A stretch of 64,000 bases of DNA from Octopus vulgaris (GCA_951406725.2 OX597818.1:120900001-120964000), one strand, 5' to 3'; counted from the stretch's first letter, positions 13,928-28,792 are shown. The notes: generated from the sequence alone by a model not told the origin. Numbers and translations: made by a program.

Positions 13928-14094
13928 ATATATGTTTGTATGTATACATGTGTACATATATACATACGAACATACATGTCCATATACGTATATGCTAATA
14001 CCACCCAACCCTCTAGAAATATTAATAACAAGGTTATTGTATCTGAAGTCAATTCCAGTAGAATTAAGTTTATGTCAAGTAACTCTAAGATTTA

Positions 14095-14460
14095 AAATTC
14101 TATATACCAGTGTATAATCAGTACTCGCAATAAAGTACGATTTTACATTGGAAGCACATCGTTAGAGTTATCTAAAATAATTTCTATCCATTACTCAACA
14201 TTTAGGGATAGACATAAACGGAATAGTACCGGTCTCAGCAAACTGATTTGGGATTTAAAAGACCACAATGAACAATTTCATTTAGAATGGTTGATTCTCT
14301 CAATTTCGATACCATATGACAAAGGCAAGAAATTCTGTCTTCTCTGCAATTCTGAGCTATTTTTCATTATTTTTTTCTAAAAATACTCTAGTAAACACGG
14401 TTATAGAGCGAGCATTGGCAAAAACATTGGCAAAAACATACATTTAGTGCATATAAGTAG
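14095..14460 (+). mobile_element. Penelope-like GIY-YIG endonuclease remnant
   Basis: Translates as IYQCII..FYIGSTS..STGLSKLIWDLK..LEW..CLLCNSELF, homologous to 61890-62200. Confidence 0.8.
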
Positions 14461-14560
14461 TCTCTATCATTATATATAATTTAAACTTTAATTTCCTTTA
14501 TATTTAACATTCACTATTAATATCTCTACTCTTTCTGTTAGCTACTTATGACGTTATATC

Positions 14561-14637
<77 letters not shown>

Positions 14638-14726
14638 CAACTGTTTATAAATTTAACCTTTAAAGGTATTTTTAATATGCTGGCCATTGATAAAATTTTT
14701 ATTTCGAAAAATTTTATCCTACATTA

Positions 14727-14778
<52 letters not shown>

Positions 14779-14834
14779 CATATTAGATATACATATATAT
14801 ATATATGTCTATACATATATATATATATATGTCT

Positions 14835-14897
<63 letters not shown>

Positions 14898-14946
14898 TAT
14901 GTATGTATATATATATGTACACATATATATATATATATGTATATGT

Positions 14947-15255
14947 GGAGACGCAGTGGCCCAGTGGTTAGGGCAGCGGACTCTCGGCTGTAGGATCGCG
15001 GTTTCGGTTTCTAGACCGGTCGTTGTGAGTGTTTATTGAGTGAAAACACCTAAAAGTTCCACGAGTTTCGGCAGGGGCTAGTGGCGATCCCTGCTGTACT
15101 CCTTCGCTACAACTTTCTCTCATTTTTTCTTCTGTTGGCTTGCTCGCTTAGCCAGTGGGGTAGCGTCATATGAAGACTAAAACAATGCGAAGTGCATTGT
15201 GACCAGCGATGTGTAGCAACATCTGATAGCCTGGTCGGTCACGGTGATCACGGTG

Positions 15256-15257
<2 letters not shown>
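14947..15257 (+). mobile_element. tRNA-derived SINE (a third family)
   Basis: A-box-like tggcccagtggttagggc head and a cacggtgat repeated tail, lying between (TA)n tracts. Confidence 0.6.
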
Positions 15258-15292
<35 letters not shown>

Positions 15293-15649
15293 CTTACATA
15301 TATATATCTACATATACATACATATATATATATCTACATATACATACATACATAGATACATACAGCAGTGTATATAAAATATATTTAAACCGATAGTCTG
15401 ACAGAAAATTGTATGGCAGATCTGATAAAATATCTTATCCGGTTGAGTGCGTGTGTGTGTGTTTGTGAATGTGTGCGTATTTGTGTGTGCGTGTGTGAGT
15501 GTTGGTGTGTGTGTGTGTGTGTTGGTGTGTGTGTGTGTGTGTGTGTGTGTGAGATGTATGTGCGTGTGTGAACGTGTCCTCGTTTTAGGAGATATAGCCT
15601 TAACAGTTCCACTCATATTTACATGTTTATATTAATGTATGTTCTTACA

Positions 15650-15689
15650 TATATATGTGTGTGTGTGTGTGTGTATAAACTATATATAC

Positions 15690-15758
<69 letters not shown>

Positions 15759-16087
15759 TAAATATATATATATATATACATATATAAATATATATATATA
15801 TACATATATAAATATATATATATATATACATACATAAATATATATATATATATATACATACATAAATATATATATATACATACATAAATATATATATATA
15901 TACATACATATATATATATATATAAATATATATATATATACATACATATATATATATATACATACATATATATATATATATATACATACATATATATATA
16001 TACATACATATATATATATATATACATACATATATATATATATATATATAAATACATATATATATATATATACATACATATATATAT

Positions 16088-16178
<91 letters not shown>
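15650..16178. repeat. Compound (TA)n/(TACA)n microsatellite
   Basis: Direct inspection; one of many such tracts in the window. Confidence 0.95.
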
Positions 16179-16181
<3 letters not shown>

Positions 16182-17286
16182 GGTGTGTTACACAGAATCT
16201 CTGACTGTATTTGCTTACGTGTTTTGAGTTTGAATCACTGCATGGGTGTCATTCTGTAGGTCAATAAACAAAGTACCAGTTATGTAACAGGGTCTCTATC
16301 TAACCAACTCTTAATTGCTCTCAATCAGTCTAAGAAGTCATCATCCACGTCACATTAAATATATTTACTGGTGATCTTATGTAGAATTGAGGCCACTTTG
16401 CAGCTGTTTCAACCTCACAGATCTATTATCAAAAGTTTGTATGACTGTAAACTGCGTCCAGTAGTGGAGCCCTCGCTCAGGACTTCCAGGAATGAATAAG
16501 ATGACAGGAGAATATCATCAAATTTATACAACGCTGTTTGATTAAATATTCTTCTTTCTCTCTTTTCCTTCCCTTTCTTCTGTCGTCTTCTTTTTTCTGT
16601 CTTTTTCTTTTTGCCTGTTATAAAATTGTAATTTAAAAACTGATGATGTCATTCCATTAACGTGTGAACGCTAGTTGCTCTCGTTCATACTTTACGTTTA
16701 CATTTCTGTAATTTTGAATTTTTATCACTTCTTGTTTTGAACTTGACAAAGACAGACGTACTGTTGAAATAACGTTCAACTAATAAAATATCTTACAATC
16801 GAATCACGCTCTTCGTCTTGATTATTATTATTATTATTATTATTATTTGTTCTGAAGGTTGATAGGTAAAATTTATTTGTTCGCGATTCGAACTCATAAC
16901 ATAAAATGCCAGATGAAATTCTGCAAAGCATGATTTTAATGCTTTATCGAATCTACCAGCAAACCATCCTTTTCTACACAGCGCCCGCAATATCGAGAGG
17001 AGAAGGACGAGTTGATTACATCGTCCCCGGTGATCAACTGGTACTTGTTTAATCGACCCCGAAAAAGTGAATAAGAAAGTCGGCCTTGGCGGAATTTGAA
17101 CTCAGAGAAATTAATGAGTCGGATAAAAATGCCTTTAAGCATTTTGGATGACACACTAACAATATTTCAGCCCGCTGTCATAGCCCGTCATAAGTGGAAA
17201 ACAACAAGAAATGTATGTCACTGGATAAAGTTAAATTTTTTAATTGGGATAGTTAGAGTAAAATCGAAGAGGCAAGATTTCGAGAT

Positions 17287-17718
17287 GGAGATTTTTCGGT
17301 TTGAGCGGCAGTTTTTTCTAGCGGTGTCATATGAAAGTGTCACCCATAATTATGACCCTAGTATCGATCTATTGCATTTCAATCTGTTTTAGGGTTAAAG
17401 TTAGTTAGGTTTAAGGTTAGAGGTGGGGGGAAGGGTATCTTTTTTTCTTAACAAATATAAATAAACCCAATCTGTTTCTTAAACGAGGGACATATTCATA
17501 CGGCACATAATGTTGTTTACCTCAATAGACATCATTGATTGATTGAAATTTCAGAAATTGAAGAAAAAAAAACAAATATCTTACAAACTATAGAATTTTC
17601 TCAATAAAACCAAGAGAAAAGGATGTTTTATAAACACATTCTACCAGTATACGAAGTTAAAAATTTTTTAGTTACCTAGAAATTATGTTAAAAACTGCCG
17701 TTCAAATCGAAAAGATCC
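17287..17718. mobile_element. MITE with ~30-bp imperfect terminal inverted repeats
   Basis: ggagatttttcggtttgagcggcagttttt at the left end and aaaaactgccgttcaaatcgaaaagatcc at the right end. Confidence 0.75.
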
Positions 17719-18313
17719 ATGAAATGAATTCTTGGATATCGAGTCAGAAATGCATCATATATTCATACTAAATTCGTTTGATTAATGAGAAACATGACAA
17801 TAAATGAAACTTGTTACAATATTTTATTGATTATGGTTTATTATTTATTAAAGAACATATTTCATAGGACATTAGCTGAGAAACATCAGCAACATTCATA
17901 AAATTGTAACGACATCAGTGAAATGTAACAGCTACAATCGAGTGTTGAAGTTCTAAAATCAGTCCTACTTTTTCAGACATTTATATTAAAGGGTAAAATT
18001 GTGGTGATATGTATCACCCAAAATAAGATAATAAGGAAGTCCATAGAATTCAGTAAGTTTATTAAAAGTGAGTAATGAAAGAATAAAACATTTCGGTTAG
18101 TCAACATTATCCCAATTGAGAAAATAGATATTTTATTGAATAGTTTATTGAATATTGAAAGTTACACAAATATGTCATACTAGCAAGTATGTATTTCCAC
18201 TTCAGCAAAAAGAAATATTTTCTATTTTGATTATTGAATTTATGATAATTTCTAAGAAATATTTAAAAAGTGATAATATTTCTTCAAAATAATACATCAA
18301 GGCATGCTTAGTA

Positions 18314-18480
18314 TTACACCGACTGTCGATGGGTAAGTATGGCATAAATGTCCTTAGTAGGTCTGAGTACCATTTCCATAGATGGTGGAATATCTTCTAT
18401 CTTTTGTGTTGCTTCGACATGGAATCTTTGGAAGAATCGTGATAGTACGATTTTCATTTCCATATAAGCTAATCTTAGTC
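18314..18480 (-). CDS. CYP4-clan gene B, last coding exon (GLRLAYMEMKIVLSRFFQRF...THRQSV*)
   Basis: ttcag acceptor at 18481 and a phase consistent with the heme exon. It is paralogous to 11806-11963. Confidence 0.92.
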
Positions 18481-19369
18481 CTGAAAACACATTGAAAAAT
18501 ATATATTGAATATAATTCATTAAAACACGGAGAGGTCTTAAAAAGTTATAATCACATGTACAGTATATCGGCTAATTTAAAGAATAATACAGAAAATATA
18601 TTACCTGATGTTATATACGTTTCTGAAGTAGAATAACATTGGAGTAGTTTTTATGATTTACTGTATGGAATAAAATATATCATGACCAACAGTCTTTTTA
18701 TCATTACCTATTTGCATGTGTACGAAGGAAGGCAGTATTATTGCTGTCGTTAGTCTTTAGTCCCAGACCAGCACTGACCGAACGGATATATGACCAAAAG
18801 CGTTTCATATGTGGTAATACGATTTTTCAAAAATATTATGTAGAATTACGCATGTATTTATGAAGCCATAGCAGGAGAATTAAGAAGTTCGTCTGACAGT
18901 TATTAGGCTCTGCGCAATATCCCCCTCTATGACATCTTGGGCGAATGTCCTTTTCTACAGCCTGCGAATGATCGAAACATTGTGAATAATGCTGGATAAA
19001 CATATCCTCTGAAGACTGCACATGTAGTTGAAGAAAGCAGCCTTCTCGCTTAATGTATAATGATGATTATCTGTTCTTTAAGGTTTCATCTGTAAAAGGA
19101 ATACTCTTGCACTTACATCATAATATATTGATAAGGCAGCTCCTGGCAAACCTAAACTATTTATAAATGAATACTTCATTTACTGTTAAATTATCGTAAC
19201 GTTTCATTCGGTAAGACTGTAATAAATGATTTGAGGTGGATTTGGCTGAGGTAAATAGCAAAAGAGTGAGTGCAGCATTGTCGGGTGATTGTGATAAATT
19301 CTGTTGATGGATTTTAAACCAAACATTAGAAATGCATTTTCAAAGTAGAAAAAAGCTCTATAAACTTAC

Positions 19370-19543
19370 CTATGCAGACTCGCGGTCCTGCTGCGAATGG
19401 TATAAAAGCAAACGCGTGCTTGACATCTTCTGTAAGAAATCGATCAGGATTAAAGGTGCTCGGATCAGTAAAGTGTTTCGGATCTCTATGTAAGCCCGAA
19501 AGGAATATCGATATATCCGCCCCTTTCTTCACGTTGTAATTAC
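19370..19543 (-). CDS. CYP4-clan gene B, 174-bp heme-motif exon
   Basis: LHRDPKHFTDPSTFNPDRF...FIPFAAGPRVCIG, with cag/gtaag boundaries. Confidence 0.95.
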
Positions 19544-20368
19544 CTGTAAACATGATTGTAGCACCATAAACCATAGTCCTTTTTACAGGTGAGCATAACT
19601 ACAGCTAATTTCATTTATCACTCTGCAGAGGAGGAGATAGTATACATAGATATCTAGAAAGAAAATGGTGAAGACTGTTTATTAGGAAATCTGATAGCAT
19701 GGTATATAAAGAGACTTAGTAAATGGAGGGACTTACGGGCAAGATGCGGCTAAAGTTGCGTTTTATAAGGGTTTCCGCGTGGGAAGCATGATAGAATTCC
19801 ATCAATCTAAGGAGTATTCTTCTCACGCATGTTTTAACATTGAAAGTGAAGGGTGAGGAAAATCACATGACATTACAGTGGAGCTTCCTTTTGCGGGTGC
19901 CAGGGCCTGGCATATAAAAAATATGGTCCTTAAAACCATTGGATGCTTGCATTTAAGCAATACCGGATGATGTATAAATCCTCTTTTAAGATACTGGGAA
20001 GACACAACGTCACCTCCCTGACTAGCCATGTTTAGTACTTAAAATAGAGAGTAACCTCATATATAATTCAATGGAAGCTCTTTGAACAGCTAAGAGCTTA
20101 TATAAACAGAAGCAAACAATGTAAGGTTTGCTTGGCTGAAAGGGCAAGAATTAACATGCACCATCAAAAAAAAAAAAAAACTCGCTCGACCCGGGGGAAA
20201 TTTTAAACTCCAGGAAACGGGTATTCAGTCAATGCCTGCATCTAAAATGTTTGATGCTTCAGACTTGGAATTCTTCATTCATTGAAGAGTCCCACCAAAG
20301 ACTCACTCACACACATACACAGACGCACTCACACATACATATACACACACACATACACACACACTGAC

Positions 20369-20426
<58 letters not shown>

Positions 20427-20824
20427 CATAAAACGTCAGGAAGTATAAAAGATGGATATATTTACTTATCTGCTTGACATATTTAGGATTGCGGGTGTTT
20501 CGCAGCCCTCTTCATTTGCTAATAATTTCAGTGTGGAATAAATTAAGCTTACGTAAGATATAAAATAGAACACACAAACGCGCGCGCGCATACATATTTA
20601 TATGAATTGCATATATAATTTTTTTGATTAGACATAGTTTAACACTTATCGAAATTTTTTATGGAAATATATTTCCAATCCGAGGCTATTTAGTTCTCGG
20701 TTTGAATTGGGATTTAATTTCCGGTAAAATAGGCAGCTGTTTCTCTTATGTCAAAAGACCACATGACAGTGGCTTCATTGACTACGCGAACGTAGTTGTG
20801 AAAATGTATCATGAGTAGACTCAC

Positions 20825-20891
20825 CAATTTTGAAATCCTCACCAGCAACACGTCCAACAACTGGTACTGGCGAATAAATACGTAGACTTTC
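20825..20891 (-). CDS. CYP4-clan gene B, 67-bp ExxR exon (ESLRIYSPVPVVGRVAGEDFKIG)
   Basis: aag| and |gtgagt boundaries and the ExxR motif. Confidence 0.92.
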
Positions 20892-21077
20892 CTTCAACAA
20901 AGATTATAGAGGTCGTTATTATTATTATTATTATTATCTACTTGATATTTTTGTTTTTGCAATACACTTTCAAGAAATCTTTAATGATATGAAAGAACGT
21001 GTTGTAATTATTTATTAGAAGTTATAATAATAATTAAGATAATAATAATAATGATGATGACGATAATAATAATAATG

Positions 21078-21132
<55 letters not shown>

Positions 21133-21146
21133 TTATGATGATGATG

Positions 21147-21180
<34 letters not shown>

Positions 21181-21189
21181 TGATAATAA

Positions 21190-21220
<31 letters not shown>

Positions 21221-21236
21221 AATAATAATAATAATG

Positions 21237-21297
<61 letters not shown>

Positions 21298-21299
<2 letters not shown>

Positions 21300-21733
21300 G
21301 ATAGAGAAATTAAGGCCAACAGACTAGATATAGTTGTCAGAGATCATGAAGGAAAAAAATGCTTTCTAATTGATGTATCAATACCGGCAGATGACAACGT
21401 GTCTCTAAAAGAAATGGAGAAACTCTCAAAATACAAAGACCTGGAAATAGAGGTAACTAGAATGTGGAACCTGAAAACAGAAACAATTCCTATCATAGTA
21501 GGTGCATTAGGCATGATAAAAAAATATTCAGACAAATACATATTCAAAAACACCAGGACTTACAAACACATATAACATACAGAAAATTGCACTACTAGGC
21601 ACTGCACACATCCTACGCAGAACACTTTCCATACAATAACCATCAGGGCATCACAACAAATCACAGCACATACCCAAGGCACACAGAGCTGCGCTCGGTA
21701 GTGAAGTGAAAGCACGCTATAAAAATAAAACTA

Positions 21734-21737
<4 letters not shown>
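21298..21737 (+). mobile_element. 3' end of an R4/Dong-like REL-endonuclease LINE inserted in (TAA)n
   Basis: NRLDIVV..CFLIDVSIPAD..EKLSKYKDL..IPIIVGALG is a PD-(D/E)xK REL domain. It is flanked by AAT/GAT tracts, and a related copy lies at ~56400-56802. Confidence 0.85.
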
Positions 21738-21808
<71 letters not shown>

Positions 21809-21863
21809 AATAATAATAATAATGATAATAATGATGATGATTGATGATGATGATGATGATGAC

Positions 21864-21901
<38 letters not shown>

Positions 21902-21915
21902 TGATGATGATGTCG

Positions 21916-21949
<34 letters not shown>

Positions 21950-21988
21950 TAATAATGATGATGATTGATGATGATGATGATGATGACG

Positions 21989-22020
<32 letters not shown>

Positions 22021-22024
<4 letters not shown>

Positions 22025-22578
22025 GCCCTGATGCAGTACCAGGCAGTGGTTCTCATGGCTTCTGATCTTAACTGATTGAAAGTGTTATCATGTACATTGT
22101 TTTGTCTTAGTATAAAAGATGGGCTACATCAAATATTCTGCTCAATACCACAGATTTGCTTGTCCGTTGTTTGACCTTAACCAGTTGAGCATGTCCCTTA
22201 GTGGCTGACGATATGTGCATCTCTGATCACGAGCAGAAGTAGTGGGGGAGCATCATAGCCATGTGTTGAGAGGGATTTTTTGGGGTTTGAATAATTCACC
22301 TCTGGAAACATGGGTAGTTTGTTCAACATCCTTAAACAATCCTTATTCAGGGACCGTCTGAGCGGGATGGGCTACTCAACCTGAAGAAAATTCTAACTGG
22401 GCCCCACCTGCAAGGTCATGTGCTGTTTATCTTGATATGAGATCACTATGTCGCGCACATTTGGTTGTGATGCATGTGCCTGGTGTACCCTTATCAGACG
22501 GGTAGTCATAATGGGTATATTGGGCTTCGTATATTTTACCCCAGTGTCAATTTGATGGCATGAACTGCTCTCTCACTC
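22021..22578 (+). mobile_element. Longest copy of the ~560-bp (AAT)n-associated repeat
   Basis: aaatgccctgatgcagtacc...ctgctctctcactc between AAT tracts. Confidence 0.85.
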
Positions 22579-22645
22579 AATAATAATAATAATGATAATA
22601 ATGATGATGATGATGATGATGACGATAATAATAATAATAATAATG

Positions 22646-22688
<43 letters not shown>

Positions 22689-22697
22689 TAATAATAA

Positions 22698-22728
<31 letters not shown>

Positions 22729-23133
22729 AATAATAATAATAATAATCCTTTCTACTATATGCCCAAGGCCTAAAATTTTGGGGGAGGGGACCAGTCCAAT
22801 ACATCGATCCCAGTGTTTCACTGGTATTTAAATTATCGATCCCGAAACGATAAGAAGCAAAGATGACCTCGGCGTCGAAATTTGAACTCAGAATGTAAGG
22901 ACGGATGAAATGCTGCTAAGCATTTCGCCCGCCGCCTTACTGCTGCAGCTACTACTACTACTACTAATACTACTACTACTACTACTGCTGCTGCTGCTAC
23001 TGCTGCTGCTGTTGCTGCTGCCGCTACTACTACTACTTCTAATAATGATAATAATAATAATAATAATATTGGCCACAAGGAACGCACGCAAAAACAAAGG
23101 AAAATACAATACAAAGGGCAGTGGGGGATTTAA

Positions 23134-24068
23134 TACGAGGATCGGTTGAAAAGTTCATTGACTGATAAAGATACTCTCATGGAATATAACCAATTGAGGT
23201 TTATTTTTCAATGTGGGCCCCTTCTTGCGGTCCACACACCTCTTCCATCGGTGCTGCAGTGCTTGGACCCCATTGGTGAAGAAGCTTTCATCCTGTCTGT
23301 TAAAAATGTCATCAACTGCAAATATGACGTCGTCATGACTGTCGTTATGACTGTGGTGTTGGTTGCAAGTTGAGTTGGGTTTTTTCAAGTTGGGGCAAAG
23401 ATGATAGTCAGACCGGAGTGAAATCAGAATGGGGGAAGGGTAGTCAACCAGTTCAAAGCAGCAGTCAAACAAAACTGCTAGAGCATTGTCCTATTGAAAC
23501 GAGACCCCTTTCGTCAGTTTTCCTGGGTCTTTGGTCTTGATAGCCTTTCGTAAGTACCTCAGCAAGTTGGTACAGTACTTCCATATTCTCAGAGGAAAGG
23601 TACGGCTTGCTGTCGAGGTAGGAAGTGAAATCCATTTCCAGTTCCAACCAAACGTGCGGTCCGTACAGTCCAGCAAAATGTCACTTAAATTCCGCATACA
23701 TTTTCTTGGACTCGTGTAGCAGAAGCTCGTCCCGGTTTGTCAGAGACCAAATTGTGGCTGTTTCTGCGTTGCATCTCTGTCATCCAGGCCCATCCCGTCG
23801 CGTCTTCATGCACGCATCTCACTTCTGAAAACTCAACCTTCCTACTTGGCATTGAAGAGCTCTCGCCACCAGCACTTTGGTCGCTATGGCTCAACCAAAT
23901 GCTTCTTCAAGTTTCCTAAGTATGTCTCCCTGTATCCTAGATTCCTTTAACGCTGTTATCTTACTAAACCCTAACACCTCTACTCTAATAGCCCTTCCGA
24001 TGGGCTGACTGAATACTTGACACCCTGGGAAAGATGCGTTCAGCTTCTAGTATTCGGGGCCCTATTAC
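23134..24068 (-). mobile_element. Decayed mariner element with unrelated internal sequence
   Basis: FFTNGVQALQHRWKRCVD resembles the mariner transposase C-terminus. The terminus at 23134 reads tacgaggatcggttgaaaagttc. Confidence 0.55.
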
Positions 24069-24746
24069 AAATTTATGGTCAGTATAGCTGACAGCTTTAA
24101 ATTATAGACAACTTATGCTACTTCTATAAACTAGCCTACAAAATATTTGACAATGTCCACGTTGGCGCATTCGGGAAATTCCTTTGGTACATGTCAACAA
24201 AACTGAGCATGTTTGTAAGGCTTTTACACACCTCTCTCCTATCGGTTGACTCACCCTATTCTCATTTTCTTTTAAAGGCTTCTGTTTTAGAGCGGTGAAT
24301 TGGCAGAACTACCTAGACCATCAGATAGATTGTTTTGCACTATTTGTTCCAATTCTCTGGCCTTTGTGCTCAAATGCCATCGTGTTCAACTTAAACTTTC
24401 ATCCTTGGAATCCTTTCAGTTTTAGGACGGTAAAACTCTATAATTCTGTTTTTCTTCACATTTCTTAACCTCTACAAATGTTTAAATTGTGTTGAACGTT
24501 ATAGATGTTTCCAATGCAGAGGTTCTGGAAATGACACAGTAACTACCTTGCTTTCTCTGAGCAAGATAAAGGAAAAATCCTCTACTGTGTTTACATGTTA
24601 AAGCATGAGTTGAAAGTATTAAATATTACATCCATCTTATTACATATGAATATTTTGAACTTGACTAATTTGATAATTTGGTAATTGCAATTAACACATG
24701 AATTACATGCGATGAACACATAATTATTCGTAGAATCTATATTTAC

Positions 24747-24811
24747 CTTGATAATACATTCCAAATAGAGCAGTTTCTTGAGACTTGCTGCATTGATTTC
24801 TTCAGTTTCCC
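24747..24811 (-). CDS. CYP4-clan gene B, 65-bp exon (RETEEINAASLKKLLYLECIIK)
   Basis: aag| and |gtaaat boundaries; paralogous to 4114-4178. Confidence 0.9.
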
Positions 24812-24999
24812 CTTGAATAATAAAACAAAACAATTCACATACATAAGAGAATTTACCAGAATATATCTAACATTTAGGTAATTTTGGTACTATCACCCAA
24901 AGAACTCCTAAAAGTTAATTATAGCTTAAAACTCTTTCAGTAATGGCCAATCATTGGAGCCTCGTCAATTCCCTCCTCCTGTACCTTGTCTCCTGTGAT

Positions 25000-27900
25000 G
25001 AATGATCTATCACAGGCTGGCTTATCCTGTTCCTGAAGAACTGCAAGCAACTGACAACATTCCATGTGTCAGATAAGAAATGTACTACACATCTTACAAA
25101 TGTCAATCATATCTAGCAGTCCAGCAACCTTTGCTGTTATTGTAATTTCAGAAAAGACTTGCGCATCATCAGCCACAGTATACCGAGGTCTCCGTTTAGA
25201 AAATTTTAGAAGATGTATAATAGATAATGAAATAACATCTAGAAACTGTGAAACGTGTAAAAGCTTTACTAAAACGTAGGCTATAAATGCCAGGATGCAA
25301 CGACAACAAAAGCCCACACATAACTAATACTCTCAAAAATCTGAAGAAAAGAGTAGCAGTAAAAAATGATAAGTCACACCTTAGAAGAGACTCAAAACTG
25401 ACGTTGGTGGGCTCTTTTTAAGTGCTACTTAGAAAGTGAACCTAAAAGAAGGGGTTATAGAAAACAGATGTTAACACTTCGGGTAAAGAAGGGAAGGAAT
25501 GTTTAAAATGATTGAGAAGAGACTAGTAGACCAAGATAATGCTATTAGGAGAAGAAAGGGAATTACAGAATTGGAGGAAGAAGAGATCACTAGAGAACTA
25601 GGAAAGAAAGACCAAAGCAGTGGAAAATCCAAACAACAACATAAGAGATACACCTCAAACCTAAGAAGAACCTAAACAAAAAGTTGATAATAGAACTACT
25701 GATCAGGAAGGGACAAGTGTCACCAGCAACTTAAGCAACTTAAATGAGGAAGATCAGAAGATTTTAGATGAGTTGCAGGAAGCGATGAGTAAAGAAGAAA
25801 AGATTATCAGCATTAAAAGGTGTAGATAGAGGAGTTGCTGCTAAATAGGACAAAGAAAGTAGATTCTGTTAGTAGGACAAATATTAAAAAAATAAGTGAC
25901 ACTAATTTATTGATCTCTACAGAGGGGTAGTAGTTACTAGAAGATTAGCTAATCCTCTAGGGAAGATTAGTAAAGAGCAAATGTAGAGAAAGAGATTAAT
26001 AAACAATATGAAAAACTTAAGACAAGATCTGAGTATAATAGAAGCTTGGAAACGGAACAAGTTATGAGACACAAGATTTAAATCTCTTGAGAAAAATAGA
26101 AAGGATTTCGGACTGTCATGGAAGAGAGGAGATAGCGTATCATAACAAAAGCAGGTAATCTTTCCAAATATCAGAAAAGAATAAATCAGTGTCAACGGAA
26201 CAGATTGTTTGAAACAAACCAGAGGAGATTTTATAGCCATATATTATACATAGACAAAGCAGTTCTAAAAAATGTGAAATCTAGAAATAAATGTTTAGCA
26301 ATAGCATTGAATAGATTATAAAAAAGCCCATGAGATAATTCCACACTCATGGATAAGTGAATGTTTAGGTGTATTGAGTTTTGCAGACAATACAAGAGAG
26401 TTAATTAGTTGTAGCATGAATAAATGGAAAGTCGATTTCTGTTTAGTGACATAGTCTTTGGGAAAGTTAATATCAAGAGTGGAATTTTTCCATGGAGACT
26501 AGTTATCACCCTTAATATTTGTGTTATACTTAAACCCCTTCTGTTTACCATTAAGAAAGGTAAAGTAGGGTATCAGTCTAGAGATATTACAGGAAAAATT
26601 AACCATCTGCTCTGCATGGAGGATTTTAAGCTTCTTAGTAAGAATAAAAACAGATAGCTTCCTTAATACAAACTATAAGACTCTTCAGCAAAGATATAGT
26701 TATGGAGTTTGGCATAGATAAGTGCGCAACATTAGTCATGAAAAGGGAACATGTAGCCTGCAGTGAAGGTATCCAATAACTAGATGGCCGGATATTAAAA
26801 TCTCTGAAAGAAGGAGTGAGTTATATGTATCTAGAAGCATTAGAATCCGACAGGGCACTAACTAAAGAAATGGAAACGAAAATTAAGTACACGAGAAGGA
26901 TTACTCTAGTATTCAGAAGTTTAGAGATATCGTTACTTAGGTATTCATTAGCTTTTGTACATTGGACAAAATCTGAATTAGTAAATCTCGACATAAGAAC
27001 TAGGAAAGAATTCAATATGAATGAAGGACTTCACCCATGAGCAGGAGTAGCAAGATTATACTGACCTAGAAAGGAAAGTGGTAGAGGGTTAATATCACTA
27101 GAAGACTACATGGAGTTAGCTAAGAAAGATATAGCCTCCTATGTAGGTAATAGTGAAGAAAGTTTATTAAGAACTGCTGGAGTAGGGCAGACGGAAACAA
27201 AAAAAAACAAATGAAATTTAAAAAATAGAAAAAAGAAGAAAATGATCTAACTAGCAAGAGAAGGCTTTGCATGATAGATTCCCAAAGATATTTGTAGGAA
27301 ACATAGTAAGGCTTGGTTATGGTTGCAGAAAGAAAGGTTAGAAAGGGAGATAGACAATTTGTTAGTAGCAGGCACAAGATCAAGCATAGAAGACTAATTG
27401 GATAAAAGCCAATATTGACAAAAATCAGCTAGATTCCCATTGTAAGTTTTGTAAGTTATGTAAATCAAAAGAGGAAAGCGTTACTCATATTGTAAGTGAA
27501 TCTAATATGTTGGCAGAGGAAGAATACAAGTAAAGACATGGCAACCTAGGGAGAAGAATCCAGTGGGAGTTATGTAGAAAGCTAGGATTTGACCATATTG
27601 ATAAATGGTATGAAGATGAACCTAGTAAAATTCTCGGAAGTAAGAAATGTAAGATGTTGTGGGATTCTAACATTCGTACTGACAGAGTAATAAAAGCTAG
27701 AAGGCCTAATTTAGTAGCAGTAGACAGAGATAGTAGAACGTGGCAGATAATTGAATTTTCAGTCCCAAATGATGAGAATCTCAGTATGAGAAGCCTCGAT
27801 AAAATAGCAATGTACCAGGACCTAGCCTTTGAGTTACAGATGCTATGGAAAGTGTGGGTAAAACGTAACCCTGTAGTTATGGTGCATTAGGAAGTATCCC

Positions 27901-28075
27901 TAAAGATTTAACAGATGGATAGAGGAAATAGGCCGAAGACGTAATTAACTGCAGCTCCAATAAATAGTGATATTAGGCACAACTAGGATGTTGAGGAAGA
28001 TACTTGGCATCTACCCCAAAGCTAGGAATTTTTCTTTTCCAACACAAGTCAACCTTGATGTGCGTGTATGAATTA
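25000..28075 (+). pseudogene. Heavily decayed R4/Dong-like non-LTR retrotransposon (RT, zinc knuckle, REL)
   Basis: Relic motifs NHLLCMEDFKL (from YMDDLKL), MEFGIDKCA, GLHP, LWDSNIRTDRVIKARRPNLV and KIAMYQDL, with many stops and frameshifts. Confidence 0.8.
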
Positions 28076-28213
28076 ACAATCCTTTCTTCAAACGGCAAAA
28101 GAGCTGAAATTTTGTAATCAATTGATACTTATTTTATCGACTACAAAGGAGAAAAACCAAAGTCGAGCTCGGCGAAATAACATAACAAAAGTTTGTATAT
28201 ATTTGCAACTTAC

Positions 28214-28316
28214 GATAAAAAACGTCAATTTCATCATGTAACTTCTTTTGCACTTCTGGATGCGAAGCTACTAAAAGTATTGTCCACTGTAATGTTGTAA
28301 TTACTGTATCCGTACC
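28214..28316 (-). CDS. CYP4-clan gene B, 103-bp I-helix exon (GTDTVITTLQWTILLVASHPEVQKKLHDEIDVFY)
   Basis: cag| and |gtaagt boundaries, the HPEVQKKL..EID motif, and phases that fit the neighbouring exons. Confidence 0.92.
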
Positions 28317-28710
28317 CTGGTAGAATAGAATATGTATTAGATTTTACTGAGTAATTTCATAAGGCTGAGGATATAGTCGGGTTAACCTAGATGAATATGA
28401 AAATGGTCTAAAATGTAAATGAACCCCAGCGAGAATTGAAATTTAAATGACGATGTGTCAGATATATTTTCTCTTTTACGTGTTTGAGTTATTGTATAGC
28501 GGGTTTGCTGGTATACCACTTTCAAGGGTTTAGTCGTCCAAATGCATATCAGTACTTAAGGACTTTTCCCGTCAAGTACTTAAGTTATCGATCTCTTCGG
28601 CGTAAAGTGTAAACAAAGCAACAGCCATTGTCATGTGGTGAGTGAGACGACTAATAATACGAAGAGATACATACGCATATATGTATATGTACATAATACA
28701 TACATAGACA

Positions 28711-28789
<79 letters not shown>

Positions 28790-28792
28790 ATA

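Noticed and set aside
16470-16790. Possible PLE 3' end with a hammerhead-like relic (ttgacaaagacag-acgta-ctgttgaaataacgtt) and a ctgatga at ~16640
   Set aside because: The core is too degenerate and the stems cannot be closed convincingly.
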